Counted from the stretch's first letter, positions 16,803 through 24,085 are shown. The stretch: 24,085 nt of DNA from Candidatus Micrarchaeia archaeon (GCA_038874215.1 JAVZCV010000019.1:1-24085), one strand, 5' to 3'. The notes: a model not told the origin generated them from the letters alone. Numbers and translations are program-made.

Positions 16803-18773
16803 TCATCGCTCTTTTTTCCTGCCGATTACGAATTTTGCTATGAGCACAAGGATTATTATCGCAATGCCCACATATGTTATTATTGGGATTTCTTCCTCTT
16901 TCTTTTTTATAACATACTTGGAGAGATCTGTTCTTTTCGTTACTGTTGTGTTCTTCTTTATGCATGTGTGGTTTATGCAGAAGCCATTCCCGCAATCGCT
17001 GTCTTCACAGCACGGGTAAACAAACCATGTGTGGTTTTTTGCGTATCCGCATGAACCGAAAATTGTAACGCACACGCCGCTTGATGTGTTGCAGTATTCG
17101 TTGTCCTTGCATTCTTCATTAGAACGGCACTGCGGCTCTATTTTTGCGACACAGAAGTGGTTTTTGCATTCCATCCCCTCCCCGCAATCGCTGTCTTCAC
17201 AGCACTGGTATTTCACGCACATGCCTTCCTTTATAACGCCACACTCGCACGGTTCCACACATAATCCGCTCATCAGAAAAACCGATGACTCTATTTCAGT
17301 AATCAGCCCTGTGTGGCACTCGCCCAGAAGAAGTCTTGAGGAATTTGCCAGTTTTATGTCTTTCTTGTTGCCCTTGAAAGTTATATTCTCGGCTGTTATG
17401 TTTGTGGTGTTGGACGCATATATCCCGTATTCATTTCCCAAGAATGTTATGTTTTTTAGAGAAACGAATGATGAGTAAGTTGCGTTGACACCGTATTGGT
17501 TGCTGGATAGAATAGCATTCCTTACGCTTGCGTTTTTTGAGTAGAGAAACAAGATGCCAAGCCCGTTTTTAACCTCTCCGCCGTCTATTGAAAAATTCTT
17601 GCAGCCAACAACCATGACAAAGCTCGTGTTTCTTGGCGTTGTGCTCTTCACCAGAGCGCAGTCTGATGCGTTTCGTATGTTTCTCCAAGAGAAGAAGTAG
17701 AAACTCCCACCATTCACGGTATTGGTTTCGTCTATGGAGTTGTTGTAGAGTAGCAGCTCGCCAAACCATTCTTCCTCATCATAGGTTATGTTTATTTCGT
17801 GAATAAGGGGGGTAAATGCGCCGAATGTAGTAAAGTTAGCGAGCAATTTTATGGCGCTCGCCCTTAATGAAGAGAGGGAGTAAGGTGGGGATGTTAGGTT
17901 TGCGAGAAGCGTTTCGTTCGTGTATGCATCTAGAATGGATATACTGAGGGCAGTCCCGTCTGGAACGTCGGCATCCCATGAAAGCATTTTCCAAGGAGTA
18001 GAGGATACTGGGAATGGGCTCATGTTTGTGTATATGGGTGCAGAAACCCACGAGCCGTTTGAGGACGTATTATAAAGCATCAGAGTACCGCTATTTGAAA
18101 AAACATTCTTTAGATTGCCAGCATTGAAATCCGCATCGTTGGTAAGTATTTTTCCCGTTGTGTTGTAGGACAGATTGCCCATAAAAGCTATGTTGTCAAG
18201 GGTGTTGTTGGTGATGTTGTTGGCAAAGGAAGAATGGAGTATTAAAGAGTAGAGCTTGTTGCCGTGAAGCTTCCCTGCGGCTATTGTGATATTGGTGGAA
18301 TTCTGGAGCAGTATGCCGTTTGTGTTTCTTGTTGCCACGGTAAAGAATGCATTCCCATTCGTGCAATTTTCAACTACAACACCGTAGCGGGAGGTGTTTA
18401 TTGAGAGCATAGCCATGTTGAAAAAAACTGTTCTGTTGATAACCACTCCCGCCCTCGTATCGCTCACGGTTATGTTTGATAGGGTTATGTTCTCGCAGTT
18501 GGTTATGTATATGCCGTAAACAAAATCGGATATAATGCAATTCCTTATTGTTATGTTGGATAGATTTTCAACAAGTATCCCGTGGCCCGAGCCCGTGCCC
18601 CTTATAGTGTAGCCTCCGCAATCCAGTACCGTGTAATTTTCCATGATTGTGAAGCATATATCAGAAGAGCTTGCACTGCTGTCAAGCGTCGTGTTTGTTA
18701 GGATTTTTCCACATAGTGCGGCATTCGGCAGGGAGCCAAGCATTAGGATAAAGAGTAGATGTTGCAAGCGCAT
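16803..18773 (-). CDS. Secreted right-handed beta-helix (NosD/CASH-like) surface glycoprotein with Cys-rich repeats and C-terminal TM anchor
   Basis: Signal peptide; LDCGGYTIRG, NITIRNCIISDFVYGIY, GNEYGIY beta-helix repeats; three Cys-rich units; TM IITYVGIAIIILVLIAKFVI then GRKKER. Confidence 0.85.
   Translation of the reverse strand: MRLQHLLFILMLGSLPNAALCGKILTNTTLDSSASSSDICFTIMENYTVLDCGGYTIRGTGSGHGILVENLSNITIRNCIISDFVYGIYITNCENITLSNITVSDTRAGVVINRTVFFNMAMLSINTSRYGVVVENCTNGNAFFTVATRNTNGILLQNSTNITIAAGKLHGNKLYSLILHSSFANNITNNTLDNIAFMGNLSYNTTGKILTNDADFNAGNLKNVFSNSGTLMLYNTSSNGSWVSAPIYTNMSPFPVSSTPWKMLSWDADVPDGTALSISILDAYTNETLLANLTSPPYSLSSLRASAIKLLANFTTFGAFTPLIHEINITYDEEEWFGELLLYNNSIDETNTVNGGSFYFFSWRNIRNASDCALVKSTTPRNTSFVMVVGCKNFSIDGGEVKNGLGILFLYSKNASVRNAILSSNQYGVNATYSSFVSLKNITFLGNEYGIYASNTTNITAENITFKGNKKDIKLANSSRLLLGECHTGLITEIESSVFLMSGLCVEPCECGVIKEGMCVKYQCCEDSDCGEGMECKNHFCVAKIEPQCRSNEECKDNEYCNTSSGVCVTIFGSCGYAKNHTWFVYPCCEDSDCGNGFCINHTCIKKNTTVTKRTDLSKYVIKKKEEEIPIITYVGIAIIILVLIAKFVIGRKKER
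16989..17205. repeat. Exact 25-bp direct repeat (16989-17013 and 17181-17205)
   Basis: CCCGCAATCGCTGTCTTCACAGCAC occurs twice; on the minus strand it covers the CCEDSDCG codons in both copies. Confidence 0.9.
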
Positions 18774-18794
18774 AATATTGGTAGAGTGATGGGA

Positions 18795-18802
18795 TTTTAA
18801 AA
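18795..18802. promoter_or_regulatory. Palindromic, probably bidirectional TATA element
   Basis: TTTTAAAA centred at 18798.5, exactly midway between ATG 18773 (-) and ATG 18824 (+). Confidence 0.55.
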
Positions 18803-18823
18803 ATGGTTGTAGATAAAAGAAAC

Positions 18824-18898
18824 ATGCTTGAAAAAATATTGTTGGTTGTAGTTTGTGTTTTTGTGATATTGGTTTTCATGTATATGATAAGCCGTTAG
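18824..18898 (+). CDS. Small single-pass membrane peptide (24 aa; 31 aa from alternative ATG 18803)
   Basis: Manual translation MLEKILLVVVCVFVILVFMYMISR*; clean hydrophobic helix; fills an intergenic gap; TATA-like element about 25 nt upstream; ends 12 nt before the EamA ATG. Confidence 0.55.
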   Translation: MLEKILLVVVCVFVILVFMYMISR

Positions 18899-18910
18899 AT
18901 AAGTGGTTTG

Positions 18911-19330
18911 ATGGATTGGAGAACTGCGGTTGTAGGTGTCGTAGTCCTGATTGGCATAAGCAACCTGCTTACAAAGAAATTCTTCAACGAAGGCGGGGAC
19001 TGGCGCTCTTTTGCGCCCGTGATATTCGTCCTGGCGGTATTCGCTGCCTTATACTTCGGCTATGTATTGCACAAAACTGGTTGGGAAAGTAGATATAACC
19101 CAAGAATGTCTTTTTATGTGGTTGGAATAACGGTATGCGTTTTGCTCGCAGCCGTTCTGACGTATTTCGCTTACGAGAGCGGGCAGGCGAGCAGGGTTGC
19201 GCCTATAATAGCGATGAATGGCGTCATAACTGTTTTGCTTGCGTATCTTTTTCTCGGTGAAAACATAACCCTGAGGCTCGCAGTCGGAGTTCTTCTTGGA
19301 ATAATTAGCATATGGCTTGTCTCTGGCTAG
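18911..19330 (+). CDS. EamA/DMT family transporter, single-domain (half-size)
   Basis: About 5 hydrophobic helices; YFAYESGQASRVAPI, LAYLFLGENIT, GVLLGIISIWLV DMT signature. Confidence 0.88.
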   Translation: MDWRTAVVGVVVLIGISNLLTKKFFNEGGDWRSFAPVIFVLAVFAALYFGYVLHKTGWESRYNPRMSFYVVGITVCVLLAAVLTYFAYESGQASRVAPIIAMNGVITVLLAYLFLGENITLRLAVGVLLGIISIWLVSG

Positions 19331-19683
19331 CCGCCCGCAACGGTGCTGGTTTTTCCAAGTTCGCTCTCAAGCTTCTGGCGAATTTCGTTAAGCTTGCTGC
19401 GTATCTTCTCCTCCTGCTTTGATATTGCAGAAAGCCTAACGTTCGCCGTTTCCTTTTTCTCGCTTAGTTCTTTTTCTGTTTCCTCTTTTGTTGATTGAAC
19501 GAGTATCGGACCTGACGCAACATAAATCTCCCCCGTGGATTTTGCAAGCTCTTCAAGAGCCTCGTTTATTTCTGAAAGCTGCGCTGAAAGCTGCTGCTTT
19601 TGAAGCAAAAGCAGTTGCAACTGATTCTCAAGGTACTGGAACTCAGCAATCTGTTGCTCAATGTGTTTCGGTAATTCGGGCAT
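19327..19683 (-). CDS. pfdB: Prefoldin beta subunit
   Basis: MPELPKHIEQQIAEFQ..., coiled coil / IYVASGPILV hairpin / coiled coil; start corrected to ATG 19683; superoperon position. Confidence 0.92.
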   Translation of the reverse strand: MPELPKHIEQQIAEFQYLENQLQLLLLQKQQLSAQLSEINEALEELAKSTGEIYVASGPILVQSTKEETEKELSEKKETANVRLSAISKQEEKIRSKLNEIRQKLESELGKTSTVAGG

Positions 19684-19714
19684 TATACCACGCAAATTAT
19701 TACAATAACTACAT

Positions 19715-19969
19715 TTATCTATTTTTGCCTTCTTTTTCAGCCACCTCAATTACGGATAGTGCTGTTTTAAGGAAACGCATGTATGTGGCGAGAGCTGTCC
19801 TAAGGGCAACAAAATCCTCCGCCCTTATCGTGATATCCACGTGTTCCCCATCTGCGCAGACAGTTATTCTGCTTCGCTTCCTGAATTCTGTTTCTGGGGC
19901 GAGTGCCTTCTCAACCTTTTTTGCATTCTTTCCTGCCCAAACCCTGACCCTTGCCTCAAAAAGTTTCAT
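19715..19969 (-). CDS. pcc1: KEOPS complex subunit Pcc1
   Basis: ALAPE...RS...ITIRAEDFVALRTALATYMRFL signature; located between brix and pfdB. Confidence 0.88.
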   Translation of the reverse strand: MKLFEARVRVWAGKNAKKVEKALAPETEFRKRSRITVCADGEHVDITIRAEDFVALRTALATYMRFLKTALSVIEVAEKEGKNR

Positions 19970-19970
19970 T

Positions 19971-20417
19971 CTATTCCCTCAAAATCTCCATGCCGATTTT
20001 CTTTTTCCTGTACAAGAAATATATTTTAGTCTTTGTGATTGCAAGCTCAGAGACATCATCACTGTCTATCGGGGAAAAGTCAAAAAGCTTTCTGAATTTT
20101 GGGGCTGTTTTTTTTGAAAGAACTATGCCATCCCCAAAATATTTTGGAAGCCTATAAAATTTGAATTCCTTTACCGCTATTTCTGGCTTTAACCATTTCC
20201 ATTCTCCATTCAGTTGCATGAAAACGAGCGAATGCGGCATTTTATTTTTTTCATAAACGAATAGAGCACGGCGCATGCCATGTAGCTTTGCACGTGCTAC
20301 GACTTTCTCTATCGCCTTTTTTCCCCTGTTTTCATAAACAGAGAAGAGTAAGAGGGCAAGCCTTTTTGCAAATTTTACGGAGAGTGGCGAAGGGTTTTTT
20401 GATGTAGTGATATACAT
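19971..20417 (-). CDS. Brix-domain (Imp4-like) ribosome biogenesis protein
   Basis: MYITTSKNPS...FAKRL...NRGKK signature; position in the exosome superoperon. Confidence 0.85.
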   Translation of the reverse strand: MYITTSKNPSPLSVKFAKRLALLLFSVYENRGKKAIEKVVARAKLHGMRRALFVYEKNKMPHSLVFMQLNGEWKWLKPEIAVKEFKFYRLPKYFGDGIVLSKKTAPKFRKLFDFSPIDSDDVSELAITKTKIYFLYRKKKIGMEILRE

Positions 20418-20435
20418 TTTGCCACTTGTGCAGCA

Positions 20436-20570
20436 CTAATCCGTCTTCACATCCTTCGCTATTGGCTGTCTCTCCTTGAAAAGCACTCTGCAACCGCAAT
20501 GAGGACAGTGCACATAGTCTGAATCTAAACGCTCTATCCTTTCCCTGCACTTCCAGCACACATGCACCAT
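20436..20570 (-). CDS. rpo12: DNA-directed RNA polymerase subunit Rpo12 (P)
   Basis: Not in ORF track (44 aa). Manual translation MVHVCWKCRERIERLDSDYVHCPHCGCRVLFKERQPIAKDVKTD*; Zn ribbon plus RVLFKER; GGTGA SD; canonical position after rpl37ae. Confidence 0.93.
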   Translation of the reverse strand: MVHVCWKCRERIERLDSDYVHCPHCGCRVLFKERQPIAKDVKTD

Positions 20571-20571
20571 A

Positions 20572-20799
20572 TCACCCTTTAACAATCCTTAGCGCAGAAT
20601 CGCCCGCAAGAGTAGTGGGGGAATACGCACCGCCAGCGAAAACGGTTTCGCAAGACTTACATCTCCAGATAGCATTGCCAATCCGTTTAACTTTTTTCTT
20701 CCCGCAAACGGGGCATTGGTGCTTCGCTGATTTTATGGCGTTTATCGCACGAACCCTTTTCCTCAGTTCAGCACCGCCGCGAACGCTGTACCTCGTCAT
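20572..20799 (-). CDS. rpl37ae: 50S ribosomal protein L37Ae (eL43)
   Basis: CPVCGKKKVKRIGNAIWRCKSC...FAGGAYSP; ATG 20799 preceded by AGGTG SD (GTG 20808 is the alternative). Confidence 0.95.
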   Translation of the reverse strand: MTRYSVRGGAELRKRVRAINAIKSAKHQCPVCGKKKVKRIGNAIWRCKSCETVFAGGAYSPTTLAGDSALRIVKG

Positions 20800-20813
20800 A
20801 TAAAACACCTGCG

Positions 20814-21581
20814 CTATATTAGCGCCCTAAGCTCATCACCCTTTCTGAATGCGATATCCATGCATGAGAGGATTTCTTCTTTTGTGAAGCCCGCCTTTCC
20901 TGCCTTCTGCGCTGCGCATATGCTGTTCGGTGTTGTCGCTATTGTTAGCCTTCCGTCCATTGCGATTTCCTCATCAAGAGATGGGTCAAGCACTATTTCG
21001 TTTCCTATTTTTGCGAAGGTGCATGAAACAGCCTTCGTATTTACCTTGAGAGGGGTGCTTTCCTCTCGTATAACCTTTCCATCCTCATACTTTGGTAGTT
21101 TTAGGTTTAGCAGCGCCGCCATTGCAGCAAGCGCTGAGGCATCTATCAAATTCCCATCGTGGTCAAGAACGTATATGTCAAAGAATATGACCCAAACCTT
21201 GTTCTCCTCGATGAGGAGAGTTTTCAGGTCTATCGCGTTTGAACTTCTTATTCCCCTATCCACTATTCTTGCAAGTTCTATGCAATTCTCGTCTGGAGGA
21301 CCTGGCTCAAAACCTGGGGAAGCAAGCGGTAGAAGCTCTGCGTTGGTTGTTATAACTCCCTCATCGGGCCTGTCTGGAAAAGGCTCGCCAACATCAACCT
21401 TTATCCCAACAAGAACCTGCGTATCGCCAATGCGTACCTGCGCACTGCCTTCCGCAGTCTTTATCACTCCCTTCTCAACGTTTATGGATCTGTATGCATC
21501 AAAGGGCCGCTCATCGGCCCTCTTCTTATTTTTCATTATATTCAGGATGTAGGATTTCCTGACTTCGTCAAGCACATCCAT
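20814..21581 (-). CDS. rrp42: Exosome complex component Rrp42
   Basis: AEGSAQVRIGDT, PFPDRPDEG, FEPGPPDE, ELARIVDRGIR, DHDGNLIDA. Confidence 0.96.
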   Translation of the reverse strand: MDVLDEVRKSYILNIMKNKKRADERPFDAYRSINVEKGVIKTAEGSAQVRIGDTQVLVGIKVDVGEPFPDRPDEGVITTNAELLPLASPGFEPGPPDENCIELARIVDRGIRSSNAIDLKTLLIEENKVWVIFFDIYVLDHDGNLIDASALAAMAALLNLKLPKYEDGKVIREESTPLKVNTKAVSCTFAKIGNEIVLDPSLDEEIAMDGRLTIATTPNSICAAQKAGKAGFTKEEILSCMDIAFRKGDELRALI

Positions 21582-21591
21582 TTAAAGCACC

Positions 21592-22317
21592 TCATTCGTC
21601 TAATACTGGCGTTTCAAATACTGCCTTCAGAGCATCAACCTGAAGCTTGTGGATTTTTTCGCAGGCATCAAGCGCCATGCCCATGGCTTTTTCTATTTCT
21701 TCCTTTGTGAGAAGTCCATCCATCTGGAAGAGGAGTACCTCCTTTGTGTTGTGCGCAACAGCTATGGGCATGTCTGATTCTCCGTGGTTGTCCTCAGCAC
21801 CCGTTAGATCAAGGCATAGTGTCCCATCTATTTTTCCAACAGCGACGGCGCACACAAGATCGCGCATGGGTATGCCCGCATTTGCGAGGGCAACCGCACC
21901 CGCTGTTATCGCCGCACATCTCGTCCCTCCGTCTGCCTGGAGAACTTCAAGGTATAGGTTTATCTCCGTGCGAGGGAATTTTTCAAGAAAAACAACATTC
22001 TCAAACACATGCCTTATTACCTTTGAAAGCTCAATTGACCTTCTATTCGGTCCTGCCTTCCCATGCTCGCTTGCTGTTGAGAAAGGAGCCATTATATACC
22101 TGCACCGCATTATTGCCCTATAAGGGTTTGTCTCATGCCTTGGTATGCATTCTTTCGGCCCATAGACGCCAGCAAGTATCTTGTTATTTCCCCATTCAAC
22201 ATATGCCGAGCCGTCTGCCTTCTTCAGTACACCAGCAACAATCTTTATAGGCCTAAGTTCATCAAACCTGCGCCCATCAAGGCGCTTTCCATCAACGATT
22301 AGTTTTACCTCTTCCAT
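21592..22317 (-). CDS. rrp41: Exosome complex exonuclease Rrp41
   Basis: RLDGRRFDELRP, ADGSAY, YGPKE, MAPFS, QADGGTR, EDNHGESDMP catalytic Asp motif. Confidence 0.96.
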   Translation of the reverse strand: MEEVKLIVDGKRLDGRRFDELRPIKIVAGVLKKADGSAYVEWGNNKILAGVYGPKECIPRHETNPYRAIMRCRYIMAPFSTASEHGKAGPNRRSIELSKVIRHVFENVVFLEKFPRTEINLYLEVLQADGGTRCAAITAGAVALANAGIPMRDLVCAVAVGKIDGTLCLDLTGAEDNHGESDMPIAVAHNTKEVLLFQMDGLLTKEEIEKAMGMALDACEKIHKLQVDALKAVFETPVLDE

Positions 22318-22914
22318 CTAATCAACCCGCTCAAGAAGCCTGCGCACCCTGTCTGTGAGACCGCTTGTGTGCGCTTCCCTTTCTATTTTTAGTATTGCAA
22401 GTGTTGCCAACCCACTCTTCTCACCCTTAATCCAAACTCTTCCGTTCCTTCCAACAACTATGTCGCAACCAGTCATGTCGCGTATCATGTTTATCATGGA
22501 ATTTTTCTTTCCTATCACACGGGGGATTTTCGCAGAGGATATCTCTATTATTGAACCGCCACGAAGCAGGCTTGGGCTGCCGAGAATTGCGCTTTTAACC
22601 TCATCAACAGACAGAACCTTTGCCCCTATTATCATCCCGAGCTCAAACTCCTGCGAACTCTCTTTTGAATGCAAAAAACCAGTGTAAGGGGAGTTTATAT
22701 TAACGTCATAGCCAACGAACTTTACATCCTCTATTATTCCGACAACATAGTCTCCGATAGAAGGAACATAAGGACCTGAGAGTGGTACTACCTTTGCACC
22801 ATCAAATATGCCAACTATGCTTGCGTATGTTTTGCCGTTTCGCTTATATGTGTTGGGCGTTAAACGCTCTTCTTCAAAAACCAATTCCCCGGGAACTACG
22901 AATCGGTATTCCAT
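22318..22914 (-). CDS. rrp4: Exosome complex RNA-binding protein Rrp4 (S1+KH)
   Basis: VVPGE, YVPSIGDYVVG, KIPRVIGKKNSMI, VGRNGRVWI, EAHTSGLTDRV. Confidence 0.95.
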   Translation of the reverse strand: MEYRFVVPGELVFEEERLTPNTYKRNGKTYASIVGIFDGAKVVPLSGPYVPSIGDYVVGIIEDVKFVGYDVNINSPYTGFLHSKESSQEFELGMIIGAKVLSVDEVKSAILGSPSLLRGGSIIEISSAKIPRVIGKKNSMINMIRDMTGCDIVVGRNGRVWIKGEKSGLATLAILKIEREAHTSGLTDRVRRLLERVD

Positions 22915-22918
22915 ATCA

Positions 22919-23611
22919 CTACCTCATAACCTTTGTCTCAACATTACCAGAGGTAAGTTTATTTATTTTATCAAAAAATTCAGGTTGTACTCCTGCTGGC
23001 ATTGAGACGAGAACAATGAGGCTTCCGTCTCCTTGCCATTCTTCTTTTTCTATCCCATATTCTTTTAGCACGCCGTAAGCTCTTGGTGCGTATTCTGCAG
23101 GAATTCTAACTGCGATCTTCACTTTCTCAAATTTTAGCGGCAGAAGGGGCCTGAGGGCATCTATTATATCTGGAATCTGCTCATCAACATCTTTAAACGG
23201 GTCTATGCTGACTTTTGCCTCTGAAAGGGCGTTGAGTATCCTTTGAGGGGGGTGGGGGGCACCCGTCCGCGGGTCTATGCATTCCCGCGAAAGAAAGGCG
23301 ATTATTTTCGTCTTTTTTTCCTCAACAGCCTTCCTGCGCTGTTCTGTTGTGAGTTGCAGGTGCCCCTTCTGGAGTATTATCTTTGCTATTTCATTCACGT
23401 CTGTTGTGCCGAATGCTTTCTTGAGCGTATCCGAAGGCGGTCTGTCTCCCTTTCTGACATTAAGAAAAATCTCCTCAACAGCGAGGAGATTTGCCATGTC
23501 CTTCTTCTTGCCCTGCTTGTACATATACGCAAGGTCGGGGTCTACCAATATTTCAAAATGCTCCCCCTTAACATCTAACCTTGCGATTATCGCCTTATCA
23601 AGGTCAACCAT
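22919..23611 (-). CDS. Ribosome maturation protein SBDS/Sdo1
   Basis: MVDLDKAIIARL...HFEILVDPD, FGTTD, QLTTEQRR, DPRTGAPHPPQRI; start corrected to ATG 23611. Confidence 0.95.
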   Translation of the reverse strand: MVDLDKAIIARLDVKGEHFEILVDPDLAYMYKQGKKKDMANLLAVEEIFLNVRKGDRPPSDTLKKAFGTTDVNEIAKIILQKGHLQLTTEQRRKAVEEKKTKIIAFLSRECIDPRTGAPHPPQRILNALSEAKVSIDPFKDVDEQIPDIIDALRPLLPLKFEKVKIAVRIPAEYAPRAYGVLKEYGIEKEEWQGDGSLIVLVSMPAGVQPEFFDKINKLTSGNVETKVMR

Positions 23612-23621
23612 ATGATGACCG

Positions 23622-24085
23622 TTATATTTTTGAGATGTATTCTCCGACTTCTGCTTCACTCAGTACTTTCATCTTCTTGTCTGCAGAATAAAGAACCGCA
23701 ATGTCTATCATCGTTGGCTTTAGCTCTGTGTCGGTAACCTCTTTAAGCGCCTTGAGCGCAAGTGCTATGCCCGCCTGATGGTCAATGTTGTCCTTGTAGT
23801 GCTTCTCAAAAAACTCCTCAACCTCTTTTTTTCCGTTTCCTATCGCATCTGCCTTGTACCCTGTGAGAGCACCGCTCGGCTCTGCTTCATAAAGCCGAGG
23901 TATGCTGTCAACGCCCGCTATCAGCAAGGAGACGCCAAACGGTCTTATCCCGCCATACTGGGTGTATATTTGCATCATATCAGAGAGATGCTTTGCAAGA
24001 AACTCAACGGTTATGGGCTCGTTGTATGCAACCCTGTGCCTCTGTGCCTCAACTCTTGCTATCTCTACAAGCCTCCGTGCATCAG
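23622..24085 (-). CDS. psmA: Proteasome alpha subunit, 5' part outside window
   Basis: Frame extends to window end: DARRLVDIARVEAQ...YTQYGGIRPFGVSLLIAG, EPSGA, KADAIG. Confidence 0.95.
   Translation of the reverse strand, partial: DARRLVEIARVEAQRHRVAYNEPITVEFLAKHLSDMMQIYTQYGGIRPFGVSLLIAGVDSIPRLYEAEPSGALTGYKADAIGNGKKEVEEFFEKHYKDNIDHQAGIALALKALKEVTDTELKPTMIDIAVLYSADKKMKVLSEAEVGEYISKI

Noticed and set aside
16989..17205. 25-bp repeat as CRISPR array or DGR template/variable pair
   Set aside because: Only two copies, 192 bp apart, in frame within a CDS; no cas or reverse transcriptase gene in the window and no adenine-specific mismatches.
18853..19092. 79-aa plus ORF (and 18682-18879 minus ORF)
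   Set aside because: Each overlaps a confident gene out of frame; the 18824-18898 ORF fits the gap without overlap.
19488..20117. 209-aa plus-strand ORF
   Set aside because: Antisense to pfdB, pcc1 and brix; no recognisable motifs; shadow ORF.
20332..20559. 75-aa minus-strand ORF in the track
   Set aside because: Wrong frame; the real gene here is rpo12 at 20436-20570.
20860..21552. 230-aa plus-strand ORF and similar antisense ORFs over HMGS, thiolase, mre11 and rrp41
   Set aside because: Antisense shadows of conserved genes with Ser/Phe/Ile-rich composition and no domains.
1..24085. tRNA, rRNA, transposase, integrase or intein
   Set aside because: Intergenic gaps are too short or lack cloverleaf motifs, and no protein shows the relevant signatures; small guide RNAs cannot be excluded by eye.

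Overview
Gene-dense archaeal chromosome segment (intergenic gaps mostly <60 bp). The gene set and style suggest a DPANN, possibly Micrarchaeota-like, archaeon; that is inference only. Left to right: partial glycogen debranching enzyme (-); an operon of an HTH regulator (COG1709-like), HMG-CoA synthase, acetoacetyl-CoA thiolase and DUF35 scaffold; a short Nmd3; a DUF2070 membrane protein followed by one GT4 and two GT2 glycosyltransferases; a beta-CASP ribonuclease; a membrane-anchored tandem winged-helix protein leading ADP-forming acyl-CoA synthetase beta and alpha subunits; two secreted, C-terminally anchored surface proteins (FG-GAP propeller; beta-helix) that share a Cys-rich module and flank an mre11 with no adjacent rad50; an unannotated 24-aa membrane peptide plus an EamA half-transporter; and the known archaeal exosome/proteasome superoperon (pfdB, pcc1, brix, rpo12, rpl37ae, rrp42, rrp41, rrp4, SBDS, partial psmA). 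I saw no RNA genes, CRISPR arrays or mobile elements. No new system is proven here. The best candidates are the modular Cys-rich surface proteins, the small ORF with an exactly centred palindromic TATA element, the membrane-tethered wHTH protein linked to ACD, and a possible lipid-remodelling cluster.
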